Part shown: piece by piece, positions 32,150 to 42,422 of the stretch
How positions within the stretch are numbered: position 1 is the first letter of the stretch
Layout of the letters: each line of letters starts with the position of its first letter
Translations under genes and position numbers: made by a program
Assembly (NCBI GenBank): GCA_965199755.1
Contig: CBDASZ010000001.1
Location: 320,001-384,000 of the forward strand
Length of the DNA: 64,000 bases
Source of the DNA: an uncultured candidatus Porisulfidus sp.
Lineage (GTDB): Bacteria > Pseudomonadota > Gammaproteobacteria > Poriferisulfidales > Poriferisulfidaceae
Direction of reading: 5' to 3'
The notes under the pieces: generated by a model
Seen by the model: only the letters and a program-made list of their open reading frames with translations
Told to the model about the DNA's origin: nothing
The model's database searches: none

Positions 32150-34873
32150 TTACTGAGCCAATCCGGCCTCCAGTTGCACGGCGCAGAACTTGAACTCCGG
32201 GATCTTCCCAAGCGGATCCAGTTCCTCGTGGGTCAGCAGATTCGCAGCGGCTTCCTGATAACAGAACGGGGTGAACACCTGACCGGGCATCAAACCCGGA
32301 TCAACCCGTGTCGCGCATTCAATCGCACCGCGGCGTGAGCGCAAGGTTACAGGGGCACCGTCCTCAAGTCCCAGATCGTCGGCGTCCGTGGGCGACAGGA
32401 ATGCGACGGCTTGCGGTTCCAGTGCGTTCAGTGTCTGTGAACGGCGTGTCATGGAGCCGGTATGCCAGTGCTCCAGCAGGCGTCCGGTGATCAGAATGTA
32501 TGGGTAGCTCTGATCAGGCAGTTCGGCGGCTTCCCGAAATGCGGCAGGGACCAGATTGGCGCGACCACTGGCAGTGGGGAACTCATCCTGAAAGATCACT
32601 TCCTGACCGGGGTCTTCGTCACTCGTACACGGATAGGTGACGGAGCCGTTTTGCTCCAGTCGCTCCCAAGTGATGCCCTGAATCGTATCCATGCACTGGC
32701 GCATTTCCTCGAATACATCTTGGGCTTCCATTTCGGGCCAGTCCAGTCCCAGGCGCTGCGCGATTTGCTGAATGATCCACAGGTCTTGGCGGGCATCTCC
32801 CGGCGGCGGATGGGCGGGGCGGCCGAGTTGCACACGGCGGTCGGTGTTGGTGTAGGTGCCAGTTTTCTCCATGGCGGCGGAGGCGGGCAGGATGACATCG
32901 GCGTAGGCTGCGGTTTCGGTCAGAAACAGGTCTTGCACAACCAGATGGCGCAAGGTGCCGAGTGCAGCGCGTACGTGATGCAGATTGGGGTCGGACATGG
33001 CCGGATTCTCGCCCATGATGTACATCCCTTGGATGTCACCGCGATGTGCGGCCTGCATGATCTCGACTACCGTCAGACCTGGGCGAGAATCGAGGCTCAT
33101 TCCCCACAACTGCTCGAAGCGTTGTTGCGCAGGCGCATGGTCGATGCGCTGGTAGTCGGGATAGACCATCGGGATGAGTCCGGCATCTGAGGCACCTTGT
33201 ACGTTGTTTTGTCCGCGCAAGGGGTGCAGGCCGGTGCCGCGGCGTCCGATCTGGCCGGTGATTAGCGAGAGCGCAATCAGACAGCGCGCGTTATCAGTGC
33301 CGTGCGTGTGTTGTGAGATGCCCATCCCCCAGAAGATCATGGAGGCGGAGGCGGTGGCGAACAGACGCGCGGCTTCTCTGATTTGGGTTGCCTCCACGCC
33401 GCACAGGCTCTGCACACGTTCCGGGGCGTAGTCGCGCACGTGTGCTTTGAGTTCTTCAAAGCCGTCAACACGCGCCTCAATGAAAGAGTGATCAACCCAG
33501 CCTTCTTCAATGATGGTGTGCAGCAGGGCGTTGAGCAGGGCAACATCCGTGTCTGGGTTGAATTGCAGGAACAGGGAGGCTTGTCTTGCCAGATCGGTCT
33601 GGCGCGGGTCCATGACGATCAGATTCTTGCCGTCGCGTGCGGCGTTTTTCATAAAGGTGGCGGCGACCGGATGATTACCGGTCGGATTGGCACCGATGAC
33701 CAGAATGGTCTCCGCGTAGGCGACATCGCTGACCGGGTTGGAGACGGCACCTGAACCGATGTCGGCCAGCAAGGCGGCAACGGAGGAGGCGTGGCACAGT
33801 CGGGTGCAGTGATCGACATGGTTGTTGCGGAATCCGCAACGCACCAGTTTCTGAAACAGATACGCCTCTTCATTGGTGCCTTTGGCGGAACCGAATCCGG
33901 CCAGTGCTTCAGGCCCTTTCTCTTCACGCAACGTAAGCAGGCCCTGCGCTGCCTGATCTAGCGCTTCATCCCAACTCGCGGGGCGAAACCATCCGCGAAT
34001 TTCCTCACTGGAGACTTCGTTCAGGTCGAAGTCTTTGGGTGCGTCGTCGCGGCGTATCAGCGGCTCTAGCAGTCGGTCCGGATGGTAGGCGTAGTCGTAG
34101 CCATAGCGCCCCTTGACGCATAGCCGGCCATGATTGGAGGGGCCGTCGCGGCCATGTACTTCGACAATACGATCATTTTGAACACGCCAGCTCAGCAGAC
34201 AGCCGACACCGCAGTAGGGACAGACGGAATCCACTTCACGCATCGCGTCATCGGCGATAGAGGTGGATTGCAGGGCACCGGTCGGGCAGGCGCTGACGCA
34301 TTCACCGCAGCCGACGCAGGAACTCTTACCCATGGGATCACTCAGATCAAAGGAGATCAGCGCTTTTGCTCCGCGCTGGACGTAAGCAATCACATCATTG
34401 TTCTGAACTTCGCGACACGCACGCACGCAGCGGGTACACTGGATGCAGGCATCCAGTTGTACGCGGATGGCCGGATGAGAGAGATCGGCGGGTGGTTGTT
34501 CGCGGCTAGGAAAGCGCGGTTCAGGGACGTCAAGTTTGCGGGCCCAGCTGTGCAATTCGCAGTCCGAGTCGCGTTGCTCCTGCATATCAGACAGCAGCAA
34601 CTCCAGCACCATCTTCTGTGCGTCTTTCGCGCGTGTGTTTGCACTGCGCACCACCATGTCCGTGGTGGGGACACGGGTGCAAGCGGGTTGCAGGGCGCGT
34701 TCTCCTTCGATTTCGACCATGCAGGCGCGGCAATTGCCATCGGCGCGCAAGTCGTCGGTGTAGCACAGATGCGGGATCTCAATCTGGTGTCGCTGCGCGG
34801 CTTGCAGGATGGTTTCTCCTTCCTGTGCTTCAATGCGGGTGTCGTTGAGCAGAAATGAGGTGGCGCCCATCAT
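32150..34873 (-). CDS. fdh1A: NAD-linked formate dehydrogenase alpha subunit (Mo/W-bisPGD, Cys ligand)
   Basis: N-terminal 2Fe-2S and 4Fe-4S motifs, CPYCGVGC, DHCTRLCHASS, PLRGQNNVQG; ATG overlaps the beta-subunit stop. Confidence 0.92.
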   Translation of the reverse strand: MMGATSFLLNDTRIEAQEGETILQAAQRHQIEIPHLCYTDDLRADGNCRACMVEIEGERALQPACTRVPTTDMVVRSANTRAKDAQKMVLELLLSDMQEQRDSDCELHSWARKLDVPEPRFPSREQPPADLSHPAIRVQLDACIQCTRCVRACREVQNNDVIAYVQRGAKALISFDLSDPMGKSSCVGCGECVSACPTGALQSTSIADDAMREVDSVCPYCGVGCLLSWRVQNDRIVEVHGRDGPSNHGRLCVKGRYGYDYAYHPDRLLEPLIRRDDAPKDFDLNEVSSEEIRGWFRPASWDEALDQAAQGLLTLREEKGPEALAGFGSAKGTNEEAYLFQKLVRCGFRNNHVDHCTRLCHASSVAALLADIGSGAVSNPVSDVAYAETILVIGANPTGNHPVAATFMKNAARDGKNLIVMDPRQTDLARQASLFLQFNPDTDVALLNALLHTIIEEGWVDHSFIEARVDGFEELKAHVRDYAPERVQSLCGVEATQIREAARLFATASASMIFWGMGISQHTHGTDNARCLIALSLITGQIGRRGTGLHPLRGQNNVQGASDAGLIPMVYPDYQRIDHAPAQQRFEQLWGMSLDSRPGLTVVEIMQAAHRGDIQGMYIMGENPAMSDPNLHHVRAALGTLRHLVVQDLFLTETAAYADVILPASAAMEKTGTYTNTDRRVQLGRPAHPPPGDARQDLWIIQQIAQRLGLDWPEMEAQDVFEEMRQCMDTIQGITWERLEQNGSVTYPCTSDEDPGQEVIFQDEFPTASGRANLVPAAFREAAELPDQSYPYILITGRLLEHWHTGSMTRRSQTLNALEPQAVAFLSPTDADDLGLEDGAPVTLRSRRGAIECATRVDPGLMPGQVFTPFCYQEAAANLLTHEELDPLGKIPEFKFCAVQLEAGLAQ

Positions 34874-36519
34874 TGCACCTCTTCGGGGAAGTGGCGCAAG
34901 ACCGACTGCAGCGGATTCGGAGCCGCTTGCCCCAGTCCACAGATCGAAGCGTCGCGCATGGTTTGGGACAACTCGTTGAGCAGGTCGGTATCCCAATGTT
35001 TCTCGCGCATCAGTGCGCTGGCCTTGCTGGTGCCGACGCGACAAGGGGTGCATTTGCCGCAGGATTCGCGGGCGAAGAAGGCCATGGCGTTACGTGCCGC
35101 ATCGCTGGCGCGATCGGCGTCGGACAGCACGATGACCGCACCGGAACCGAGAAAGCAGTTGTGTTGCATCATGGTGTCGAAGTCCAGAGGCAGGTCACCG
35201 AGATACGCGGGCAGGATACCACCACTGGCTCCGCCGGGGAAATAGCCGTAGAACTCGTGGCCTGGCAGCATGCCGCCACCGTACTCATCAATCAGTTCGC
35301 GTACGCTGATGCCGGCGGGGGCGAGGTGAACTCCGGGGATTTGGATGCGACCGCTGAGCGAGTATGAGCGCAGTCCGTGGCGTCCGCGGCGTCCGTGGTT
35401 GCGGTACCAGTCGGCACCATGCTCCAGAATCTTCGGAATCCACATCAGGGTTTCCATATTGTGTTCCAGAGTTGGCTGTCCGAACAGGCCGATTTCGGCA
35501 ATGAATGGGGGACGCAGGCGCGGCATGCCGCGGCGACCTTCAATGGATTCGATCATGGCGGATTCCTCGCCGCAGATATAGGCACCGGCACCACGGCGTA
35601 ACTCGATTGCCGGTAAGTCTGAATCAGACTCGCGCAGTTCTTGCAGCAGGGTCTCCAGCATCAGACGCACTCCGGTGTATTCGTCACGAATGTAGATGTA
35701 AACTGCTTGTGCCTCGATTAGATGAGCGGCCATCAGCATACCTTCGAGAAACGCATGCGGCTCGCGCTCTAGCCAGTAACGGTCCTTGAAGGTTCCCGGT
35801 TCGCCCTCGTCGATATTGACAGCGAGTAGGCGAGGGGGAGGGTAACTGCGCACGATTTGCCACTTGCGTGCGGCAGGGAAACCAGCACCTCCCAGACCGC
35901 GCAAGGTGGCGTACTCCATTGTGTCGATCAGTTGTTGGGGGTCCAGTTCCTTGCGCCGCAGGCGCATATAGTGGGCATAGGCTCCAGCCTCCTGAGCTTC
36001 GGCGCAACTTGGGACTGCTGGCGGCGTGTCTCCCAAAGCCCGTTCGCTCAAGGCCTGTGTGACCTCCTTAAGGTTGGCGTGTCCGATTGGGTGCTGTCCC
36101 GCCACGGCTACAGGGGCGGTATCGCAACGACCGACGCAAGAGACCGCTTGAATGCGCACATCGGGGAAGTTTGCGCGTAACTCATCAGCCAGTTCCAAAC
36201 CGCCCGCCATCGCGCAACTGATGGAGTCGCAAACGCGAACCGTGATCTCAGGAGGGTGGGTCTGGCCGTCCGTAATGTCGAAGTGATGATAGAAGGAAGC
36301 GACTTCGTGGACTTCTGCCACCGAAAGTTTCAGCCAGTCGGCTAGTGCAACTAGATGTTCCGGCGACAGGAAGCCGAAATGATCCTGCAACACGTGCAGA
36401 TGCTCCAGTAGCAGGTCGCGTCTTGCGGGTATGGGCTCCAATAGGTGCACGATGTCTTCACGGGCAACTGTAGAGACAGGTCGACCGCGTGGTTTGCGGG
36501 ATGCTTGGGACGGTGGCAT
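34870..36519 (-). CDS. fdh1B: Formate dehydrogenase beta subunit (NuoE-NuoF fusion, FMN/NADH-binding)
   Basis: VCDSISC..CVGRC, LRGLGGAGFP, DEGEPGTFKD, GAGAYICGEES, ESCGKCTPCR; same architecture as Methylorubrum Fdh1B. Confidence 0.9.
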   Translation of the reverse strand: MPPSQASRKPRGRPVSTVAREDIVHLLEPIPARRDLLLEHLHVLQDHFGFLSPEHLVALADWLKLSVAEVHEVASFYHHFDITDGQTHPPEITVRVCDSISCAMAGGLELADELRANFPDVRIQAVSCVGRCDTAPVAVAGQHPIGHANLKEVTQALSERALGDTPPAVPSCAEAQEAGAYAHYMRLRRKELDPQQLIDTMEYATLRGLGGAGFPAARKWQIVRSYPPPRLLAVNIDEGEPGTFKDRYWLEREPHAFLEGMLMAAHLIEAQAVYIYIRDEYTGVRLMLETLLQELRESDSDLPAIELRRGAGAYICGEESAMIESIEGRRGMPRLRPPFIAEIGLFGQPTLEHNMETLMWIPKILEHGADWYRNHGRRGRHGLRSYSLSGRIQIPGVHLAPAGISVRELIDEYGGGMLPGHEFYGYFPGGASGGILPAYLGDLPLDFDTMMQHNCFLGSGAVIVLSDADRASDAARNAMAFFARESCGKCTPCRVGTSKASALMREKHWDTDLLNELSQTMRDASICGLGQAAPNPLQSVLRHFPEEVQ

Positions 36520-36523
36520 GGAA

Positions 36524-37069
36524 TCAGCGCAACAGGGCAGTGAAGAACTCTATAGATTCAGAAGAGTCCCACTCGCGAATGCCGCTGACCCAATAGAGTG
36601 CGTGGCCGTCTTGATCAAGTAGGAAGGTGGTCGGCAGAGCACGGATTCGCCAGTCGCTCAGGGCTAAATTCGCATCCACTAGAATCGGGAAATTGACCGG
36701 TGTTTCGCTCAGAAATTCCTGCATTTCTGGCGAGGGTCCAGAGTGAATTCCGATAATTTGGAGGCGCTCTGGGTCCATCGCCTGTTGCAGGCGGTTTAGT
36801 GCCGGCATCTCTTCACGACAGGGGGTGCACCACGTCGCCCAGAAGTTGATCAGCAGCATTTGCCCTCGTTCCTGACTCAATTGCCAGTGGTTGCCGTCGA
36901 GATCCGGCAAGGTGAAGTCTGGAGCCAGCCGGCCGGAGGCCGGATTCATGAACTTTCCAGTTGTGTCAGGTTTCAACTCTTCGGTTGTTTTAGTTTCCAG
37001 GAGGTATAGATAGCTTGAAATACCAAGGGCAAAGGCGCCGACCGCGGCGATGATCAGCAGTTGCTTCAT
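36524..37069 (-). CDS. TlpA-family thiol-disulfide oxidoreductase
   Basis: N-terminal membrane anchor, APDFTL, NFWATWCTPCREEMP. Confidence 0.92.
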   Translation of the reverse strand: MKQLLIIAAVGAFALGISSYLYLLETKTTEELKPDTTGKFMNPASGRLAPDFTLPDLDGNHWQLSQERGQMLLINFWATWCTPCREEMPALNRLQQAMDPERLQIIGIHSGPSPEMQEFLSETPVNFPILVDANLALSDWRIRALPTTFLLDQDGHALYWVSGIREWDSSESIEFFTALLR

Positions 37070-38439
37070 GGTTCGATTCCCAGTGTGTTGTCGTGGGCCC
37101 AGTTAGGGTCTTCCGCGCTCAGATCTCCGATGGGCGCGGCGAAGGCGTCAGCGACGATTTCCGGGATGTTGGCACCGGTGAGGGAGCGCAAGAAGGCTTC
37201 GAGATCCTGCTTTTCCTGCTCGCTCAGGCTCAGGGGGAAGATAAGGGGCGAGAGCAGTTCGTTCGGGATGCCGCCCTGATCGTAGAACTCAATCACTTCG
37301 CGTAAGGTGCTGAGTTGGCCGTTGTGCATGTATGGGGCGCTGAGTGCGATGTTGCGCAGGCTCTGGGTGCGGAACTTCCAGCGGTCGTTGGGGTTTTCAG
37401 TGACGCGATAGAGGCCGAGATCATTGGGCAGTTTCTGTTGCGTTACGGCGGCGATTTTCTCGTTGTCTACATCCACGAAAACACCCGGGGCGAGTTGTAC
37501 GCGGGTGGTTTCTGATTCATTGCCAACCTTTTTGCCGAATGAGACGGCATAGCCGAGACCGGTATTGTGAAACTGCTGATCGGTGAACAGGGCGTGTTCC
37601 TTGTTGATGGTGTGACAGGCGATGCAGTTCGCCTTGCCGGAGAAGACCGAGAAGCCGCGTTTGACGGATTCGTCCACGGCATCAGGCTGATTGCTGAAAT
37701 GCCAGCGATCGAAAGGGGAGTCCCCGGTGAGCAGGGTGCGCTGATAACTGGCTAGCGCTTGTCCGATGGTCACAATGCTTGGTGTGGCACCGTCGAAGGC
37801 GCGTTCGAACAGGCCGTCGTAATCTTTCATGCGCTGAATCTTGTTAATCACCCAGCCGATCGAGGGCGCGGCCATTTCATTGTGCGCGGTGATGGGCTGC
37901 CAGACTTGGTTCTCCAGACTGAACTCGCGACCGTCCAGAAACAGTCGGATCAAATAAGCGCTGTTGTATAGGCTTGGTGAGTTGCGCAGCACGGAGCGGC
38001 CTTCGACACCGACGGCAGTACGCATTTCATTATTGGTGAAGCCCTGTTCCGGGACATGGCAGGTGGCGCAGGAGAAGGTGTCATTGATCGACAGGCGGCG
38101 ATCGAAGAACAGCTTGCGACCCAGATCAATTTTGGTTCGGGTTAGCGGATTGTCAGTCGGGATGGGGACTGCGGGCAGTCCCAGAGGCGGGTTTTGCACA
38201 TAGCGGATCAGATCTTTCTTGACCCCACGGCGCTTTTCCAGACTGCGAGAGCGTGTCGTATAGTCATCGCTTTCGTAGCCTTCCTTGACGTCTCCCGGAC
38301 CTTGCGTGTGGGTGGCGTCAAACTGATCGGAGGCGTCGACCTCACCACTGGTTTGCGCCCAGACCGAAACGGACAGGGCACTGCCGCATGCGATGCCGAG
38401 GACGGCACAGAGAGTATCGGGCGAACGGCGCATGGCCAC
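37066..38439 (-). CDS. Di-heme cytochrome c peroxidase / MauG-like protein
   Basis: LGRKLFFDRRLS, CATCH, CIACH, APYMHNG; lies in the mtoX cluster. Confidence 0.9.
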   Translation of the reverse strand: MAMRRSPDTLCAVLGIACGSALSVSVWAQTSGEVDASDQFDATHTQGPGDVKEGYESDDYTTRSRSLEKRRGVKKDLIRYVQNPPLGLPAVPIPTDNPLTRTKIDLGRKLFFDRRLSINDTFSCATCHVPEQGFTNNEMRTAVGVEGRSVLRNSPSLYNSAYLIRLFLDGREFSLENQVWQPITAHNEMAAPSIGWVINKIQRMKDYDGLFERAFDGATPSIVTIGQALASYQRTLLTGDSPFDRWHFSNQPDAVDESVKRGFSVFSGKANCIACHTINKEHALFTDQQFHNTGLGYAVSFGKKVGNESETTRVQLAPGVFVDVDNEKIAAVTQQKLPNDLGLYRVTENPNDRWKFRTQSLRNIALSAPYMHNGQLSTLREVIEFYDQGGIPNELLSPLIFPLSLSEQEKQDLEAFLRSLTGANIPEIVADAFAAPIGDLSAEDPNWAHDNTLGIEP

Positions 38440-38441
38440 GC

Positions 38442-39134
38442 TCAGCCGGATGAAGCCTCCATCAGGAGCGTTTCCAGGTCCGCAATCAGGATGTCGGCAT
38501 GCAAGAACGAAACACTGTATATGTTGCGCACGCGCAAGTCCTGATCAATCAGATAGACCCGAAGCATGTGTGCGAAGTCGCCGGTGTAGTTGCCTTCCTC
38601 ATCGTATTCGCGCAGGGTGTATTGCCCGTAGTCCTCCAAAATGGGTTCCAGAGTTTCGCGATCCTTGGTGGTCAGGAACTGCCAGTCCACGCCTTCGCCA
38701 CCGAGTCCCTTGCCAAACTTGCGCATGGTTTCAGGGCTGTCGCGTTCGGGATCGAAGGATATGGAGAGCAGCCGGGAGGCTTGCGCCAGTTCCGGGCGCG
38801 CTTTCAGTTTGGCGTGCAACTTGTGGAATACGGCGTTGGCCAGCGGGCAGCCGTTGAGGTCAGAGCACTTGGTGTAGATGAAACTAAACAGTACCAGACG
38901 GTCACCCATCAGATCGAACAACTGGGTGGATTGCCCGTCTTCTTTCAGCACACTGCCGTCTGCGGCCTGCATGATGGGCGGCAACTGGTAGGTGCCTGGG
39001 GCGGGTGGCTCGTAGCTGAGTGTGCGCCATCCGGGCGCGAGAATTTCGTCGCGGCGATCAGAGGCGACCGCGGTGAGGCTCAGGCATAGCAAGAGCACAG
39101 GGGCGAGGATTCGCGAGCGGGGGCAGTGTGTCAT
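38442..39134 (-). CDS. SCO1/SenC-family copper chaperone
   Basis: FIYTKCSDLNGCP, SISFDPERD, H.LRVYLID; signal peptide. Confidence 0.9.
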   Translation of the reverse strand: MTHCPRSRILAPVLLLCLSLTAVASDRRDEILAPGWRTLSYEPPAPGTYQLPPIMQAADGSVLKEDGQSTQLFDLMGDRLVLFSFIYTKCSDLNGCPLANAVFHKLHAKLKARPELAQASRLLSISFDPERDSPETMRKFGKGLGGEGVDWQFLTTKDRETLEPILEDYGQYTLREYDEEGNYTGDFAHMLRVYLIDQDLRVRNIYSVSFLHADILIADLETLLMEASSG

Positions 39135-39182
39135 GGTCGGGAAAGTGGTATGTGTTTGACTATTGTATGTTGCGGTAGTTCC

Positions 39183-39213
39183 AAAAACAAAAGCCGCCCC
39201 TCGCGGGGCGGCT
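39183..39213 (-). terminator. Rho-independent terminator after mtoX
   Basis: AGCCGCCCC-GCGA-GGGGCGGCT followed by TTTGTTTTT on the minus strand. Confidence 0.85.
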
Positions 39214-39255
39214 CTGTAGTGCCAGAGTCGAAGTCGTGAGACTTCGACGGAATCT

Positions 39256-40596
39256 TTATTCCGCGCTGGCGACGCGGTTGTCGTCAGGACGTTTGCCGTA
39301 CAGGGAGTAGGCACCAAAACGCATCTGATGCGACCGTCCGAGTTTCTCGGCATAGAAGTCAATCGTCCACTGATGGGCTAGTGCCTCGCCGTCCCAGTGG
39401 TACAGCTTGACGTACTGCTCATCCGCTTCTCCGGCCTTGTCCCAATTGCCTAGCAGGGAACTGGAGAAATAGACACGCTCACCGTCCCAGCTTTGCGAGA
39501 CCATGTTGACTTGTGAGCCGATCGCTTCCTCAAACACCTGATGCGGTGCATGCGGATCAGAGATGTCGAAGAAACGGGTCTTGCCGTCCATGAACGTGTT
39601 GATCCACAGGCCGTTGTCGTCCGCGGTGATGGAGATGTCTACCGGCAGAGGCACAGCGGAAGGCTCTCCGACGGAAGCAACAGCTTTGCCTTGCCATTCG
39701 CCGCTCTCATCTTCGTACAGCAGCCAGAGCTGAGAGGTCAGCGCGGTGGTGGTGAAGCAGTAGCGGTGATTCGGATCCCAGGCACAACGAATTTCGAGCG
39801 GGGCACCGGGCACGTCGAGTACCTTTATCGGGTTGCGCGTGTGCATGTCCCAGACCACCATGGTGTTGCCGAAACGCTGCATGGCTTCGCTGTCCTGCAG
39901 CATCTGGCCGAAGTCCATCATGTAGTTGGACCAGCCGGTGAAGGATGAGGTGAGCATGACATTGCTTTCCGCCTTCACGCGCACATCGTAGCCATAGCCG
40001 TCGGCGTGCTGGCCAGTTTTGACAGCGCCGCGCAGGTCTTCATCAGTCGGCATCCAGTGTGATGCGACAAACTCGCCGGCGTTGTTGTATTCCGCCAGTC
40101 CAGTGCGTCCGCCGTGATCAGCGTTGTTGGACAGTGCCGAGATCATGACTCGGCCGGGCAGAGCGTAGAAGGTGTGCGGGCCAACCATGCCGCCGGTTTT
40201 CTCGACGAAGTCGGTGATGACCTTGTGCAGGCTCGGCTGACGCGGGTTGCTGTGAATGTCAAACACGAAAATCTTGTTTGAGTCCAGACCGCCGGCCCAC
40301 AGATATTTGCGGTCATCGGATAGTCCAGAGTGATGTGCCTCGTTACGGCCACCGACTGACAGCACGCTGACAATGGAGCCATAAGTAGCGGAGTCGGGGT
40401 TGGTGTCGATGGTGACCAGTTTGTCCTGCTCGTCACCGATTCCTTCAACACCCAGCGTCCAGACATAAACGTAGTCTTCCTGGCCTTGAATCTTGGCGAT
40501 GTAGGGGGACATGCAGGTCTCATCCGCGTGTGCTGGCATTGTCCAGACCATTGCGGCCGCCATCACCAGGCCCGTGCTAAATAGAGTTTTCTTCAT
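39256..40596 (-). CDS. mtoX: Methanethiol oxidase (SBP56 family, periplasmic)
   Basis: Signal peptide then DETC.SP; EAHH, GPHTFYALPGR, GYGYD, SSFTGWSNY, PLPVDISIT, SSLLGNWD; SCO and MauG-like neighbours. Confidence 0.93.
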   Translation of the reverse strand: MKKTLFSTGLVMAAAMVWTMPAHADETCMSPYIAKIQGQEDYVYVWTLGVEGIGDEQDKLVTIDTNPDSATYGSIVSVLSVGGRNEAHHSGLSDDRKYLWAGGLDSNKIFVFDIHSNPRQPSLHKVITDFVEKTGGMVGPHTFYALPGRVMISALSNNADHGGRTGLAEYNNAGEFVASHWMPTDEDLRGAVKTGQHADGYGYDVRVKAESNVMLTSSFTGWSNYMMDFGQMLQDSEAMQRFGNTMVVWDMHTRNPIKVLDVPGAPLEIRCAWDPNHRYCFTTTALTSQLWLLYEDESGEWQGKAVASVGEPSAVPLPVDISITADDNGLWINTFMDGKTRFFDISDPHAPHQVFEEAIGSQVNMVSQSWDGERVYFSSSLLGNWDKAGEADEQYVKLYHWDGEALAHQWTIDFYAEKLGRSHQMRFGAYSLYGKRPDDNRVASAE

Positions 40597-40783
40597 GAGT
40601 TTCCTCGTAGGTTGTGCGTTGTTATCCTGGCGATTGGGACCGTGCCACGAGCGACGCACGCAGCCTCCCGAATTGCCTGCCCCCCATTATGGCGTAATCT
40701 GGGCGGGCGTCAAGTGCGGGCGCGAAAGGCAATGTGATAGTATCGGGTGGCGAAACCCAAGGGTGCCCACATCAGGCGAAATA

Positions 40784-41512
40784 ATGCACGAAGGAGCCGT
40801 ATCCGTTCATTCCGAATTTCGGAAATCGAGAAAGCGTCGAGTTCGCCGTGGCGAAGCCACGAACGATCTGGTAGTCAGCGCAAGCGCGGAGGGGAATGAG
40901 CAAGTATTTCCACGCATTCTTGATCTTTATGTGGGTTCGGGGAGCGTGGTCGCTGACGTGACTTATGGCAAGGGAGTCTTCTGGCGTCACGTGCCTGACG
41001 ACAAGTACACACTTCTGCCGAGTGACATTCAGGACGGGGTCGATTGCCGCAAACTGCCGTATAGAGACGGGGAGATTGACTGTGTGATTTTTGATCCGCC
41101 TTATATGCACTCACCAGGCGGGACCGCCCACGAGGGCCATACCCCGTTCGAAGAGCACTACCGCAATAACGGCACGGGCAATCAGACGGCCAGCAAGTAT
41201 CACGAGGCTGTGCTCGACTTGTATCAGGATGGTGGGAGTGAGGCGTGGCGCGTTTTGCGGGAGCGGGGTGTGCTGATCGTCAAGTGTCAGGACGAGGTGT
41301 GTTCCAATCGCCAGCGATTCACGCATGTCGAGATCATGCAGATGTATGAAGAGATGGGTTTTGTGGCCGAAGATTTGTTCGTCGTGATGCGCAAAAATCG
41401 CCCAGGAGTGAGTCGTGCTGTTCGGCAGGTGCACGCGCGCAAGAATCACTCTTACTTTCTGGTGTTTTGGAAGCGTGATGCGACGAAGCGGCGCTGGAAT
41501 CCTCCGAAATGA
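40784..41512 (+). CDS. Amino (N6A/N4C) DNA methyltransferase
   Basis: SAM-motif-like DVTYGKG and catalytic FDPPY; WRVLRERGVLIVK. Confidence 0.8.
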   Translation: MHEGAVSVHSEFRKSRKRRVRRGEATNDLVVSASAEGNEQVFPRILDLYVGSGSVVADVTYGKGVFWRHVPDDKYTLLPSDIQDGVDCRKLPYRDGEIDCVIFDPPYMHSPGGTAHEGHTPFEEHYRNNGTGNQTASKYHEAVLDLYQDGGSEAWRVLRERGVLIVKCQDEVCSNRQRFTHVEIMQMYEEMGFVAEDLFVVMRKNRPGVSRAVRQVHARKNHSYFLVFWKRDATKRRWNPPK

Positions 41513-42003
41513 ATTCCGTTGAACTGCTGGTCGAGATAATCAAGGAGCATGCACCGGAAGACATTTGGCAAGCCTCTCCGCTCATAGGGTATCGTTTGCT
41601 CGGCAACACAAACAGGGGCGAGATCGGAGAGGAGTTTATCTGCAGGTATTTGCGTGCCGCTGGGATTGAAGCCACGGGCGGTGGACGGGTGGCTGCAACT
41701 GATATGACCATTGGAGAATTTAGATTTGAAGTGAAAACAGCCTCTCTCGGAGCAAAAGGAGGCTTCCAGTTCAATCATGTGCGGCTGGATCGTCGCTACG
41801 ACTATCTGCTTTGCCTTGGGATCTGTCCGCAGGAAATTGTGTTCAACATGTGGAGGAAAGGAGAGGTTGCAGAAGAACGCGCAGGGCGGCTTGTGAGGAT
41901 GGCAGAAGGACAGGCCGTCACCTACAAGCTCACCAAGAAGTTGGCAGATATGCAAGCCATAGAGGAGCTGCCTAATGTTTTGCGTGATGCACTGGAGTTG
42001 TGA
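41509..42003 (+). CDS. Putative PD-(D/E)xK restriction endonuclease
   Basis: RGEIGEEF helix, TD...FEVKTA motif; ATGA-coupled to the methyltransferase. Confidence 0.6.
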   Translation: MNSVELLVEIIKEHAPEDIWQASPLIGYRLLGNTNRGEIGEEFICRYLRAAGIEATGGGRVAATDMTIGEFRFEVKTASLGAKGGFQFNHVRLDRRYDYLLCLGICPQEIVFNMWRKGEVAEERAGRLVRMAEGQAVTYKLTKKLADMQAIEELPNVLRDALEL

Positions 42004-42422
42004 TGGGAAATATGAATAAAAGAGTGCGGTCAGTGAGTACTGCGTTTCGCTCTTACTTGCGCGAAGTCTCGCAGGTACGGTTAACTGGTCAGGCGACTGA
42101 GAACAGTTATCAATCGGCGTTGAAAGTGCTTGTTGAAGTGTTAGGTGGGAATGGCGTACGTGCCCTAAATGAACCGGCACAAGTTGCTTGTGGAGCACCG
42201 GATTTGGTTGTTAGTCGTAATGATGTGCCAATCGGACACATCGAATGCAAAGATGTCGGAATTGATCTTGATCGGGTTGAAGATACTGAACAGTTGAAGC
42301 GCTATCATCAAGGACTTCCCAATCTTGTGCTGACAAACTATCTGGAATTCCGCTGGTATGCCGATGGCGAACTGCGTGAGGTGGAGTGCCTTGGACACAT
42401 AAGAAAAAAATTGTTGCGATAA
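42003..42422 (+). pseudogene. N-terminal fragment of a Type IIG/ISP restriction-modification enzyme
   Basis: ATENSY, GAPDLVV..IGHIECKD, EQLKRY, LVLTNYLEFRWY; stops after about 140 aa with no methyltransferase domain. Confidence 0.75.

Noticed and set aside
33780-33830. Selenocysteine in the formate dehydrogenase active site
   Set aside because: The motif reads DHCTRLCH with a Cys codon and the ORF has no in-frame TGA.
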